Source: Pecten maximus (taxonomy: Eukaryota). From it: DNA of 64,000 nucleotides. The position numbers and the translations under genes are program-made. The notes under the pieces are model-generated. The model did not search any database and was not told where the DNA came from. It worked only from the letters and a program-made list of their open reading frames with translations. Below are positions 41,901 through 60,356 of this stretch, one piece after another. Location of the stretch: contig NC_047018.1 in the NCBI RefSeq assembly GCF_902652985.1, positions 36,270,001 to 36,334,000 of the forward strand, in the 5' to 3' direction. Each line of letters begins with the position of its first letter. The first letter of the stretch is position 1.

Positions 41901-44900
41901 TAGGAACAAGGGTAGGAGTATAGAGTAGGGGCTGGTTAGGAACAAGGGTAGGAGTATAGAGTAGGGGCTGGGTAGGAACAAGGGTAGGAGTATAGAGTAG
42001 GGGCTGGGTAGGAACATGGGTAGGAGTATAGAGTAGGGCTGGGTAGGAACAAGGGTAGGAGTATAGAGTAGGGGCTGGGTAGGAACAAGGGCAGGAGTAT
42101 AGAGTAGGGCTGGGTAGGAACAAGGGCAGGAGTATAGAGTAGGGGCTGGGTAGGAACAATGACAGGAGTATAGAGTAGGGGCTGGGTAGGAACAATGACA
42201 GGAGTATAGAGTAGGGGCTGGGTAGGAGTATAAAGTAAGGGCTGGGTAGGAACAAGGGCAGGAGTATAGAGTAGGGGCTGGGTAGGAACAAGGGCAGGAG
42301 TATAGAATAGGGGCTGGGTAGGAACAAGGGCAGGAGTATAGAATAGGGGCTGGGTAGGAACAAGGGTAGGAGTATAGAATAGGGGCTGGGTAGGAACAAG
42401 GGTAGGAGTATAGAGTAGGGGCTGGGTAGGAACAAGGGTAGGAGTATAGAATAGGGGCTGGGTAGGAACAAGGGTAGGAGTATAGAGTAAGGGCTGGGTA
42501 GGAACAAGGGTAGGAGTATAGAGTAAGGGCTGGGTAGGAACAAGGGTAGGAGTATAGAGTAGGGGCTGGGTAGGAACAAGGACAGGAGTAGAGAGTAGGG
42601 GCTGGGTAGGAACAAGGGCAGGAGTATAGAATAGGGGCTGGGTAGGAACAAGGACAGGAGTAGAGAATAGGGGCTGGGTAGGAACAAGGACAGGAGTATA
42701 GAGTAGGGGCTGGGTAGGAACAAGGGCAGGAGTATAGAGTAGGGGCTGGGTAGGAACAAGGGCAGGAGTATAGAGTAGGGGCTGGGTAGGAACAATGACA
42801 GGAGTATAGAGTAGGGGCTGTATAGGAACAAGGGCAGGAATATAGAGTAGAGGCTGGGTAGAAACAAGGGTAGGAGTATAGAGTAGGGGCTGGGTAGAAA
42901 CAAGGGTAGGAGTATAGAGTAGGGGCTGGGTAGGAACAAGGGCAGGAGTATAGAGTAGGGGCTGGGTAGGAACAAGGGCAGAAGTATAGAGTAGGGGCTG
43001 GGTAGGAACAAGGGCAGGAGCATAGAGTAGGGGCTGGGTAGGAACAATGACAGGAGTATAGAGTAGGGGCTGGGTAGGAACAAGGGCAGTAGTATAGAGT
43101 AGGGGCTGGGTAGGAACAAGGGCAGTAGTATAGAGTAGGGGCTGGGTAGGAACAAGGGCAGTAGTATAGAGTAGGGGCTGGGTAGGAACAATGACAGGAG
43201 TATAGAGTAGGGGCTGGGTAGGAACAAGGGTAGGAGTATAGAGTAGGGGCTGGGTAGGAACAATGACAGGAGTATAGAGTAGGGGCTGGGTAGGAACAAG
43301 GGCAGTAGTATAGAGGTATAGAGTCTTATATTTACCTAATATTATCAATCCATATGTTGGTAACCTGGCAATGAGGAGCTGTAACAATTTATACAATATA
43401 TATATATATGCATGTACCAAAATATTGCATTTTATACTTGTGCCAAAAACTACACTTATTATACATGTGCTAAAAAGTTACATTTCTAACCCTGCATTCA
43501 ATTATCACAAATTTGTTATAACCTTAAATAATGTTGAAGAAATTGGTCAAATTAATCTCAAATACACAGCCAATGTTATAATTAGTGCTATTGAATGGTG
43601 ATCTTATTATATAATTGCAGCTTAAAGGCCATCAATGGAAGCCATGCGCTGGCCTTAGCAGCTAAACATTATTCTGTACCGGTAAGTAACTCATTAATGA
43701 TAGATTGAACAGAACTAGAACTTATGTGACAGAATTACCACTGTATGTGACAGGATTACCACTGTATGTGACAGATTTACCACTGTATGTGACAGAATTA
43801 CCACTGTATGTGACAGGATTACCACTGTATGTAACAGGATTACCACTGTATGTGACAGATTTACCACTGTATGTGACAGGATTACCACTGTATGTGACAG
43901 GATTACCACTGTATGTAACAGGATTACCACTGTATGTGACAGGATTACCACTATGTGACAGGATTACCACTGTATGTGACAGGATTACCACTGTATGTGA
44001 CAGGATTACCACTGTATGTGACAAGATTTACCACTGTATATGACAGATTTACCACTGTATGTGACAGGATTACCACTGTATGTGACAGGATTACCACTGT
44101 ATGTGACAGGATTACCACTGTATATGACAGAATTACCACTGTATGTGACAGGATTACCACTGTATGTGACAGATTTACCACTGTATGTGACAGAATTACC
44201 ACTGTATGTGACAGGATTACCACTGTATGTGACAGGATTACCACTGTATGTGACATAATTACCACTGTATGTGACAGGATTACCACTGTATGTGACAGGA
44301 TTACCACTGTATGTGACAGGATTACCACTGTATGTGACAGAATTACCACTGTATGTGACAGAATTACCACTGTATGTTCCATATTCTGCATGGTTAACTG
44401 TAAATATGAATCAGGTTTATTTATTTCTAATCAGGAGATATTCTCTGATTTATGCCTTGATGTCATCATTAAAAGTCACAGAGATATAGTCATGTTTTAT
44501 CTTTACAGTTGATAGTGTGTGCAGCCATGTTTAAATTATCACCTCAGTACCTCTGCTGTTATGACCAGGTAAGGGAGATAATTCAGATTTTGATACATTA
44601 ATCCCTAATATAAGTCTCCCCACAGTTCCATCTACCATATACAGTGTACTGTCTTTGTTATCGTGATTGTTGTGGAACTACTACTGTTTTCCCAGCTAGT
44701 TTAAGATAGCTGACCGTTTCTGAAGGAGCTCATTTTGTAATCGGACTCTTCTCCTTGTTTACCATTCTCATCTACTGAAGTCAAAACTCACAGTCCTGTT
44801 TTAAAAAGCCAGTAAATCTATATTGACACATCAAAGAATTATTAAACCTAGTCCCCTTTTCATGACTACTTCTCTACTAAAAAGCAACAATTTACAAAGA

Positions 44901-46309
44901 TGTTGATCTGAAAAAAAAACCCATTTTTTTTGGATTTCAATTTTCTTGATACTTTTTTTGAAAATAAAATGAAAAACCTAATATGTAATAAATCAGTTAC
45001 TGGTTTTTTACCCAGTGAATATGTATGCTGGGATGTTCACCTGACACAAAACTATTAAAGGGGCATCCCTTTGTTTGAATAAAGTTTAGGTTGTCACAAT
45101 TAAACTTAATGGAAAATATGTATTTTTCCAAATAGTTAATGTTATAATCTTACATTAATAAAGCAGTTTTACTCTCAAGATAAACCAAAGTTCTTCGAGT
45201 TTTAAGTCCTAAAAATTCTTAATTCAACCCGAAGTATCACTTATTACCGCAAAGACATACGGTATTTGTATATGATATGCCTTTTTCCTGTATATTTCGG
45301 GGTTTATTTCATTACTTGTAGGCACAAACACTCATATTTATCATTGTTCGGACATAGATTTCATCAATAGAAATTCTGCATGTTCTGATGCGAAGGAATG
45401 CCCCTTTAACTGAATTGGTAACATATAATATGATATCGCCATGTAGTAAGATGGTGTTGTTTCCCTTTTACAGGATGCCTTTAACAAATTCGTGAGTCCA
45501 CACAATGCCATGAACTTCTCTGAGGGAGAGATTTTATCAAAGGTCCAGATAGCTAACCCAGTGTTTGATTATGTACCTCCAGAACTCGTCACCCTCTTTG
45601 TCTCCAATATGTGAGTTTGAAAAAAAAAATTGTTTATAGAATTTTTGTTACACAACCAAATTAGGGCAAATGTATTATTTTACTGGTACTTTATTAACAG
45701 CCTATTCTTGTTTTCAAATGATCATCATTACTCTTTGTTAAATAAAAAATGTTTTTTTTTACCGTCTTATTAATGACTGGCACTACCATTCTGGCTGTTA
45801 GTTCAATGACTGTATAAATTACAATGTGTGTTTTTAGTTATCATTCAATATAAATTGCAATACTTATGGAAGGAAAATATGGAAAGCTGTCATTCAACAT
45901 AAATTACAATACTTATGGAAGGAAAATATGGAAAGCTGCAGCATAGGTGTTTATCGAGACATTGAATTTTTATCAGAGAAATTTGAACAAAGTACATAAC
46001 TACCGTGAGAGTATTTTAGTGTTTGTCATTCTAGTCATGAAAGTTGCATAGAAAAAATGCATTAGAAATGATAAGTAAATGCCAAATTATAAGAATGTTT
46101 TAATATTGTTATCTTTAAAGCATTCATTATAACTATTAGAATTATCCATTGTTATTCTCTATCAGAGTCCTTGCTATTGTCTTATTATCTAATTGTGTGT
46201 ACTTCATATCATACCTTGATGTCATTTATCTTGCAGAGGAGGAAATGCACCATCATATGTGTACAGACTTTTAAGCGAACTTTATCACCCAGATGATCAT
46301 GAACTTTGA
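32970..46309 (+). CDS. EIF2B2: Translation initiation factor eIF2B subunit beta (13 coding exons, 353 aa)
   Basis: Exons 32970-33043, 34540-34626, 35434-35553, 36054-36102, 36507-36566, 37550-37599, 38340-38436, 38931-38990, 40042-40175, 43621-43681, 44509-44568, 45474-45610, 46237-46309. All GT-AG; total 1062 nt. Motifs [95 protein letters not shown] match eIF2B-beta. AATAAA at 46324-46329. Confidence 0.97.
33107..33172. mobile_element. Palindromic TAGCCCGAG mini-element copy
   Basis: 23-bp perfect inverted arms TAGCCCGAGTTTTCTCTGGCCCT / AGGGCCAGAGAAAACTCGGGCTA. Confidence 0.8.
33204..33282. mobile_element. CACAG-terminated hairpin mini-element with 7-bp TSD (P-element-like remnant)
   Basis: CTCCAAC|CACAG...GGCATGTCTAGTCTTATATT...AATGTAAGACTAGACATGCCCCTGTG|CTCCAAC. 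Confidence 0.7.
33716..33787. mobile_element. Palindromic mini-element TAGCCCGAGTTTCCTCTGGCC...GGCCAGAGGAAACTCGGGCTA (fullest copy)
   Basis: Near-perfect 72-bp hairpin; homologous copies at 26049-26106 and 33107-33172. Confidence 0.8.
34934..35096 (-). mobile_element. tRNA-like-containing element with TG...CA ends and TATA flanking duplication
   Basis: Minus-strand A box TAGCTCCATCGG (35026-35037) and B box GGTTCGACCC (34982-34991). Termini TGTAGC...AAACA; TATA on both sides. Confidence 0.65.
36635..36970. repeat. ~85-92-bp tandem repeat (about 4 copies) in EIF2B2 intron 5
   Basis: Repeated AACAGAACACTGAC...GTGAGGCGGAACCT...GGCAGAGTCATGTAGGTG...AAACCAGTAA. Confidence 0.92.
37730..37930. repeat. 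Degenerate short tandem repeat (AATAAGCCCATGTCTGG-like) in EIF2B2 intron 6
   Basis: Recurrent AATAAGCYCAT / CCATGTCTG motifs. Confidence 0.75.
38425..38748 (+). repeat. Degenerate ~42-bp repeat made of the EIF2B2 exon-7 end plus 5' splice site
   Basis: CTTTCCTTAAG|GTAG-like motif recurs about 8 times. Confidence 0.85.
40178..43316. repeat. Minisatellite N, 36-bp purine/G-rich unit GAGTATAGAGTAGGGGCTGGGTAGGAACAAGGGCAG in EIF2B2 intron 9
   Basis: About 87 copies; explains the [12 protein letters not shown] pseudo-ORFs. Confidence 0.98.
43723..44376. repeat. Minisatellite O, 21-bp unit TATGTGACAGGATTACCACTG in EIF2B2 intron 10
   Basis: About 31 copies. Confidence 0.97.
45059..45405. mobile_element. 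Non-autonomous DNA transposon (MITE) with TTAA TSD, Kolobok-like
   Basis: TTAA|AGGGGCATCCCTT ... AAGGAATGCCCCT|TTAA. Purine-starting TIRs with a TTAA duplication fit Kolobok better than piggyBac. Confidence 0.8.
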
Positions 46310-46974
46310 CCTTTTCTTCCAAGAATAAAGATAAAGACAATATTTTGCAGCTTTTAATTCTGCTTCAGATATATATGGACTGGGTATCTGGATGGTGGAT
46401 AAGATTTAAGATGTAAATTGTTTTTATTAAACAAAAAATTGATCTGAATGAGATCTGTGTACTATCAACAATATTTACGTTGTGCTCATACAAAGCAGAA
46501 CTTACTTTTTGTTCTCTTGGTCAAGAGAGAGTTACTCCCCCTTGACATCAACAAGCTGTTCAGTGAAGATCGACTTTTAATTGAAAAAGTTTCAGAGGTA
46601 AAACCTGGTGATATTTGTATAATTTTACACAGGTCTTGTGGATCTTTGCCAAGGATTTCCACAAAACATCATAACCACAACGTTATCCTGATTTCTTCTT
46701 AAAGTTGCAGAAATTCCTGTCTACACTGTAAATGCTCAAATTAAATGAAAATGTCAGATCCGCATAACAAAAATCTGGTTGAAACCTTATGAACTGGTGG
46801 AGAAGAAATGAATTGGTTGTGAGCTATTTGTAAATGAACATAACTCAGGCTAGCAGGACATTCCCAAAAGCCTAGTGATAGGATGTTTGCCTTGAGAGCG
46901 AGAGGTCGCTAATTCAAGGCTTGGCACCGGCGGATATTCTTCATTCCTATTACATGTGTATAAACGATGTCTCA

Positions 46975-47157
46975 TGAGTGGCAGTAATCCATGTAGGATC
47001 TGTGTACATGAGTTTGAAACCCATGTTGGGCTGGTGTTGACCGTATACCGGTGTTTTTTCTCCGGGTACTCCGGCTTTCCTCCACCTCCAAAACCTGGCA
47101 TGTCCTTAAATGAACCTCGCTATTAATAAGACATTAAACAAAATAAACCAAACCAAT
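46975..47157 (+). mobile_element. V-SINE-type retroposon copy
   Basis: Degenerate B box GAGTTTGAAACCC, V-domain-like core TTTTCTCCGGGTACTCCGGCTTTCCTCCAC, and tail GTCCTTAAATGA...TTAAACAAAATAAACCAAACC. Confidence 0.8.
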
Positions 47158-49513
47158 CACCGTCTGACATAACATTAAGATCATTTCCCTCAGATGTCGT
47201 AGAAAGTATCTCATATCTATAAATGGATTCGTAGCGTTATTGTTTACCGAAGTCCGTCTAGTATTATGTATTATTACGAAACATTTTCCTGGTCACACTG
47301 GCATTGTGGTGACATTTTGTCCTCCCATTTTAACACCGATGTCTTAGAGCATACATTCTGTATATGATCTATTTGTAGGTACATCTTTGCATGGTTTGAA
47401 TCGGTTTAGATAATTTTGTGGTTCAAACTTCTTTGGATATTTCATGTGAGACAAACACTAGTGAAGCATCACTAATTTTTGTGGTTTTTAAAAAACAATA
47501 AAACCATAAGAGTGTTTATATCTAACAAACACTTTATGTTATACAGTGTTGTTTTGGTCAAGGTCATTTGAACAAAGGAAAATGCTTTACAGCAAAGTTC
47601 AAAGACAAAGCTTGAAACTGTATTTAGATTCACAGGAAGAAATAAAAGCGATAAAATAAGTTTCATATTTTCAAGATTTTATTCTCAAAATAATTGCTGT
47701 GTAAAAAATCTGCAAAAATAAAAAAAAAACATGGATATCAAAATCTCAAATGCTTTTTTTTGTTATATATATTTATATATAGGGTTGAACACTGTTTTTG
47801 TGTTAGCACTAACACACCAATATGAAATGACTCTAGCTAAGTTACACTCGTATACGTACAGAACCACACATTTACAGGCAAATACATAGGTTAGCTCTAA
47901 GTCAAAACTGGTAACTGAACACAGGGTTATTGTTGGACCAGCTACAGCCAAACCTCGTTAATATGAACAATCTAGTTTCTGAAATTTTTTTTTTATTGAA
48001 GCAGAGAATTACAATCTCATTATACATCCCTGATTGAAGAATTAACTATCTTTCTGATATTTTGATTCTAAATGCCGATTTTAAAAAACATTCCATTACA
48101 ATAGTCCAGATTTCTGAGGTAATGCTGTTTATAGAAATAGTCCAGCGTGTTTTGTGCTTTAAGTTACAAGTTTCCTTTTTATTGGTAACAAAGGCTATTG
48201 ATTGCAAATATTCTTCAGAACATTACAGTAGTTTTGGAATTCCTACATATTTTGACAATATGCATGAATAGATTTCACAAAACTTTGGAAGACTGATTTG
48301 AAACCAGTTCGATTTCACTTTTATACAAATCAAAATTTGACCATTTATGGATAAATGTTAAAGCTATTTTGAACACAGAATAAGAACATGCAGACACTAG
48401 AAATGATTGACCCATCCTCCAGCTAAGAAAAAAAAACCCCAAAAAACCTAGTATTGGTGCAAGACTCCTAATTTCAGATAAAAATTAGATACTGATATCA
48501 TTGTGGTCTTTCTCAACAGTAAGCAGTATTTAATCCCCTGTGGATAACACCAGAGGGATTGAAAGTGCCTGAGGTTTTCACTTCTCTAATAGTCAATTAC
48601 TATTTCACTTTTGTCTAGACCAAACTGAGTTTTGTGTCATACTACCTCCAGTAAACGTGAGTTTCGGATCTTGTTACATTACAGAGTTACAGCCCTTGTT
48701 ATGTTTCTGACATCACAATTTCCTTAGACAAACATTACTTTTCTTGCCTTCTGAAGGGAAAGGTCAAACAACTCCAGCATCTGTGTAAGAAAGGCTTTAC
48801 TTTCTTGGAGGATTACATGTAGAGGTAACAACAAATTTCACAACCATTAGGAGATAGAGTAAGCTGCATGCATTCATTTATACTTTGTAATATGGGAATA
48901 CATTCTATATCAAGTCTATGAAAAATATTGCTTGTATTTATTGTGTATAATTAACAAATTGTTTGAATAACAAAAAATATTCATGATCATAATGAAGAAA
49001 CGCAAAAATGAAGGATTTCGTGATGTATCAATAAACCAAAATAATAATAAAAAATAATCTAGAAAGTATTTAAGTCGATGGTGTAGTATTATTATGAAAA
49101 TGAGTTTTAAATGGTAATTTTAAGGAAAAGAGACAAAATGGTTGGGAAAAAAATGAAATGGGAGATATAGCCTAGAAAGCAGCACCAGTATCAACTTGTA
49201 GTATAATTCACATCCGAAGCAAACTGTTAATGTAAACATGTCTGAAAGGGTGATGGATGACATGATGAATCTAATGTTAAACTAGTATTTTATCTCTAAA
49301 GAGAATGGTTAAAGACTAAGCCTGCATACTATGATTGATAAAATAACAAAAAAAAAAGCAATGGAATGTTACAAATGTAGAAAATGTCTTTGTCGACACA
49401 AGATGGACCCTAACATACGGCCCATCATTCTATTATCACATAGTATCCAACATTGTCTCCAGTACATATTAAAATACAAACTTTTATCAAAGAGACAGTT
49501 TTTTGACAGAGAG

Positions 49514-49602
49514 CACAGGGACCTGGCATGAACTTCCAACCCCTGGTACATATAATACATATATATGGACCATGGTTTGAAAACTTGTGCCAAGTCCCTG
49601 TG
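49514..49602. mobile_element. CACAGGGAC-terminated mini-element
   Basis: TIRs CACAGGGACCTGGCA / TGCCAAGTCCCTGTG (14 of 15 match); flanks ACAGAGAG / ACCGAGTAG resemble a decayed TSD. Confidence 0.65.
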
Positions 49603-50701
49603 ACCGAGTAGTATTCACAGTATAGCTGATGTCAATCCCTATACTCAGCAGTCATATAATTGTAAATTAAGTTGTTTATCTTAACAATATTTTCAGATCT
49701 ATAGGAAAAAGGGAATAACAAAGAGACATAAGTTCTATATATTCTGCAAACTAATATCTGGAATATATATTCATGTTAATGTAAAACTCAACAATATTAT
49801 CATCTATTACAGGTAAATGATATTGATTATGTGTTGTTCACTCTCACACTTATATGGACGGCAGACTTCTCATCACACATCTAAGGATTTAACAAAATAA
49901 CATAAAAAACAACTCTATTTTACATATATATATACATCTATAGCCACTAACCTTTGCCCTGGAGCATCCGTCGCTATGACGACCGTTCCCTAAAGCATTA
50001 AACCCTCTATTATTAAAAAAAACACACCCTATAAATGTTAACATGCCTCTATCAATTCTCCTTATTATGAAGAAATGAATCCATAACAAACATTAAGTAT
50101 ACCACTTTGTGCATTACCATGGTAATCATAAATAAATTTTATAAATATATACACTAAAATTGCCAAATTTTGTATAAATAAATAAAGTTATGTACAAGAT
50201 TTCTTTTGTATATATCTTTTAACTGTTATATTTCTATGGTTATATTTACAATAACTATTCCAACTTTATATATAGATCTATGGATTTCTGCTGTGTCGTA
50301 TTAACATTAAGGTGAAGAACTGAAGGGCTTTCCATGGATTTGTATCTCAATAGACTAATAATCTAACATGTATTATCACTTTCATTTCTTGTCTCGCACA
50401 CAAATTTGATGGAAATGTTTAAGGAATGTTCATATGATTTTATACATACAAGGAATGTTTATCGGTACACATGCAAAAAAGTATACATGTACAATATAAT
50501 ACAACATTATTGGTCTGGATTTTATGCAGGAAAAAAAAAAAGTATTGATGAAATAAGACCATTAACTCATCAGGTCCAAGCACTTTAATATACTGGTCAT
50601 AGGAATATATTATATAAATAATATTCCTATAACTGTTATCAAAATGTCTGGCTCTAATAGAATATGATATACTATCTGGTGTTGCAGCCAAACCTGGAAA
50701 C

Positions 50702-51042
50702 TCAAAGGTCAAGTTCGTTGACAGGAGTAATCACTAATCAAATGCAAAAAGTAATTGACTTGTGTAATCAAAGGTCAAGGTCATTGACTTAGCAACCAAA
50801 GGTGAACAGTCATTGACTTCTGTAATCAGAGGGTCAAGGTCACTGACAGGACTAATCACAGGCCAAAGATTATTTATTTGTGTAATCAAATGTCAAGGTT
50901 AATTACCGAAGTCTTAAGTAATCAAAGGCTAAAGGTCATTGACATGTGTAATCAAAGATCAAAGCCGATGACTTGAGTCATCAATGGTAAAACGTCATTG
51001 ACTTAGTAATTGGAGTTCAATGTCATTTACTTGAGTAATCAC
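50702..51042. repeat. Degenerate ~30-bp repeat AATCAAAGGTCAAGGTCATTGACTT
   Basis: About 11 diverged copies downstream of the ZNF367 stop codon. Confidence 0.75.
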
Positions 51043-52206
51043 AGATAGGCGACACCAATGCAATAAAAAACAATTTTAAACGTGATTATGGTTCATAAAA
51101 TCTCCAAACATGCGTCAAACATAACAAGGATCTTCACAACACAGTGGGTCATGTGAAGGTCATGTGAAGGTCATGTGCAGGTCATTCACTAGCCCTGTCC
51201 TCTTGGCAACGTGAACTGGTTGCTATAAGTATACAGTAAGTATATATATAGCATACCCAGTATGTCAGTTCTAGTCTGGCTCTACTGTATACAAGTCTAC
51301 AAGAGTAAGATATCTTTTGACTGATGTACAATTTCAGAGATATATGCCATCACACAAAGACTATCAACCAGTATCATTTAACAACCAGCGTTCAGAACAA
51401 CTCTAACACGCGTAAATATATTGTATCAGTAAAATTAATTTTTGATTTTAAGAACATTAATTTTCATTTTGTTGAAGAAAAAATATGTATTGTTCATTAT
51501 GGAATGAAAAGTCTTAACAAAAATAAACAAAATATATCGGTAAAAATTGAGTTTTTGATGGAATGTACTAAATAATGAGATGAAAGCATTATAATACTAC
51601 CAGGATATATACATAATAATTAATTGGACGTTTATTGCAGTATATGTACTGAAAACAAAACAGTAGGGCGAGATACACATTGACTGATATTGACTGGGTA
51701 CCACGCCCAGATGACTGGACAGGATGGACGGTCAACTAAGGTGTAAAGCTTTAATCTGTCTTCACTGTTGAAGAGCTATGTCAAGGGAGGTAAATGTTAA
51801 AAGAAATAGACAAGAAAGGTTATGAGACATGATATACGAGTATTATAACAGATCTATATTGAACAGTAGTAAAATAACTACTACTTAAAATATAAAGGAG
51901 AGAAACATTTCATATGTAAGGAAAGCCATAATTGATGGATTTCTAATTTTGATCAGAATGCTGATGAACATGTGGACACAAGAACAATAATGGATGCACT
52001 CTCTTGGCAATCTTGTGGCAGTATGGAGTTTACATTAACGGAAAATATAGCTATGAAAGATATCTCACAATCTTTGAAATGTGGACAGCAACCATAGCCA
52101 TATGAGAACAGTCCATTGTTACTGTCCACGTCCAAAGTGTTGTGAGGTTCTGTAACAGTCAATTATGGCCTTGGTTAGTGATGTCGCTATATATAGGGTC
52201 AATAAT

Positions 52207-59821
<7,615 letters not shown>

Positions 59822-60356
59822 GGTGTGACTGTCTCTTGTGCTTTCCTCTTCCCTTGTGAAATGGTATTTAACCACGTTTCATGAATAAACCCGTTATCAT
59901 GCCCATACCTGTAACGGACCAGTAGTTCCTTTGTTGCTATAAATAAACCAAGGGGGTGATTCCCGTACACATTTTCTAATAAACTATTGAATTCTGGGAT
60001 TGCACTATACAACTTCGCAGATTTACATTGCTTTTACAAGTTAAAACAGAATGCATTGCATTATTTTAATATATGTCATGTTGTAAATATGTTAAATAAA
60101 TGCAATAATTGTAATATCATTTACGCTATTAGTGAAAATCAATGTAACAAAGGTGATATTCCCGCCAACTTTACTAAATATGGAAACACTTACCAGCTTC
60201 TCATTCGGAATACCTCTAGATTATGCGTCTAATTCAGGCTGAGTTAAGGTATTTCCCGAGCATGCTTGGTATCGAGGAAGAAACACGCCATATTGACTCC
60301 AGCTAAAGAAATAGGGCCGTAACAATCCATTGCCATCCTCTACAAGAAGAGGAACA
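59822..60356. promoter_or_regulatory. Shared promoter region ZNF367/SERBP1
   Basis: Divergent ATGs 535 bp apart. E2F-type TTCCCGCCAA 60159-60168 and YY1-type CGCCATATT 60286-60294. Confidence 0.65.

Noticed and set aside
40044-43420. 494-728 aa Pro/Leu-rich minus-strand ORFs
   Set aside because: Antisense translation of the intronic 36-bp array in EIF2B2.
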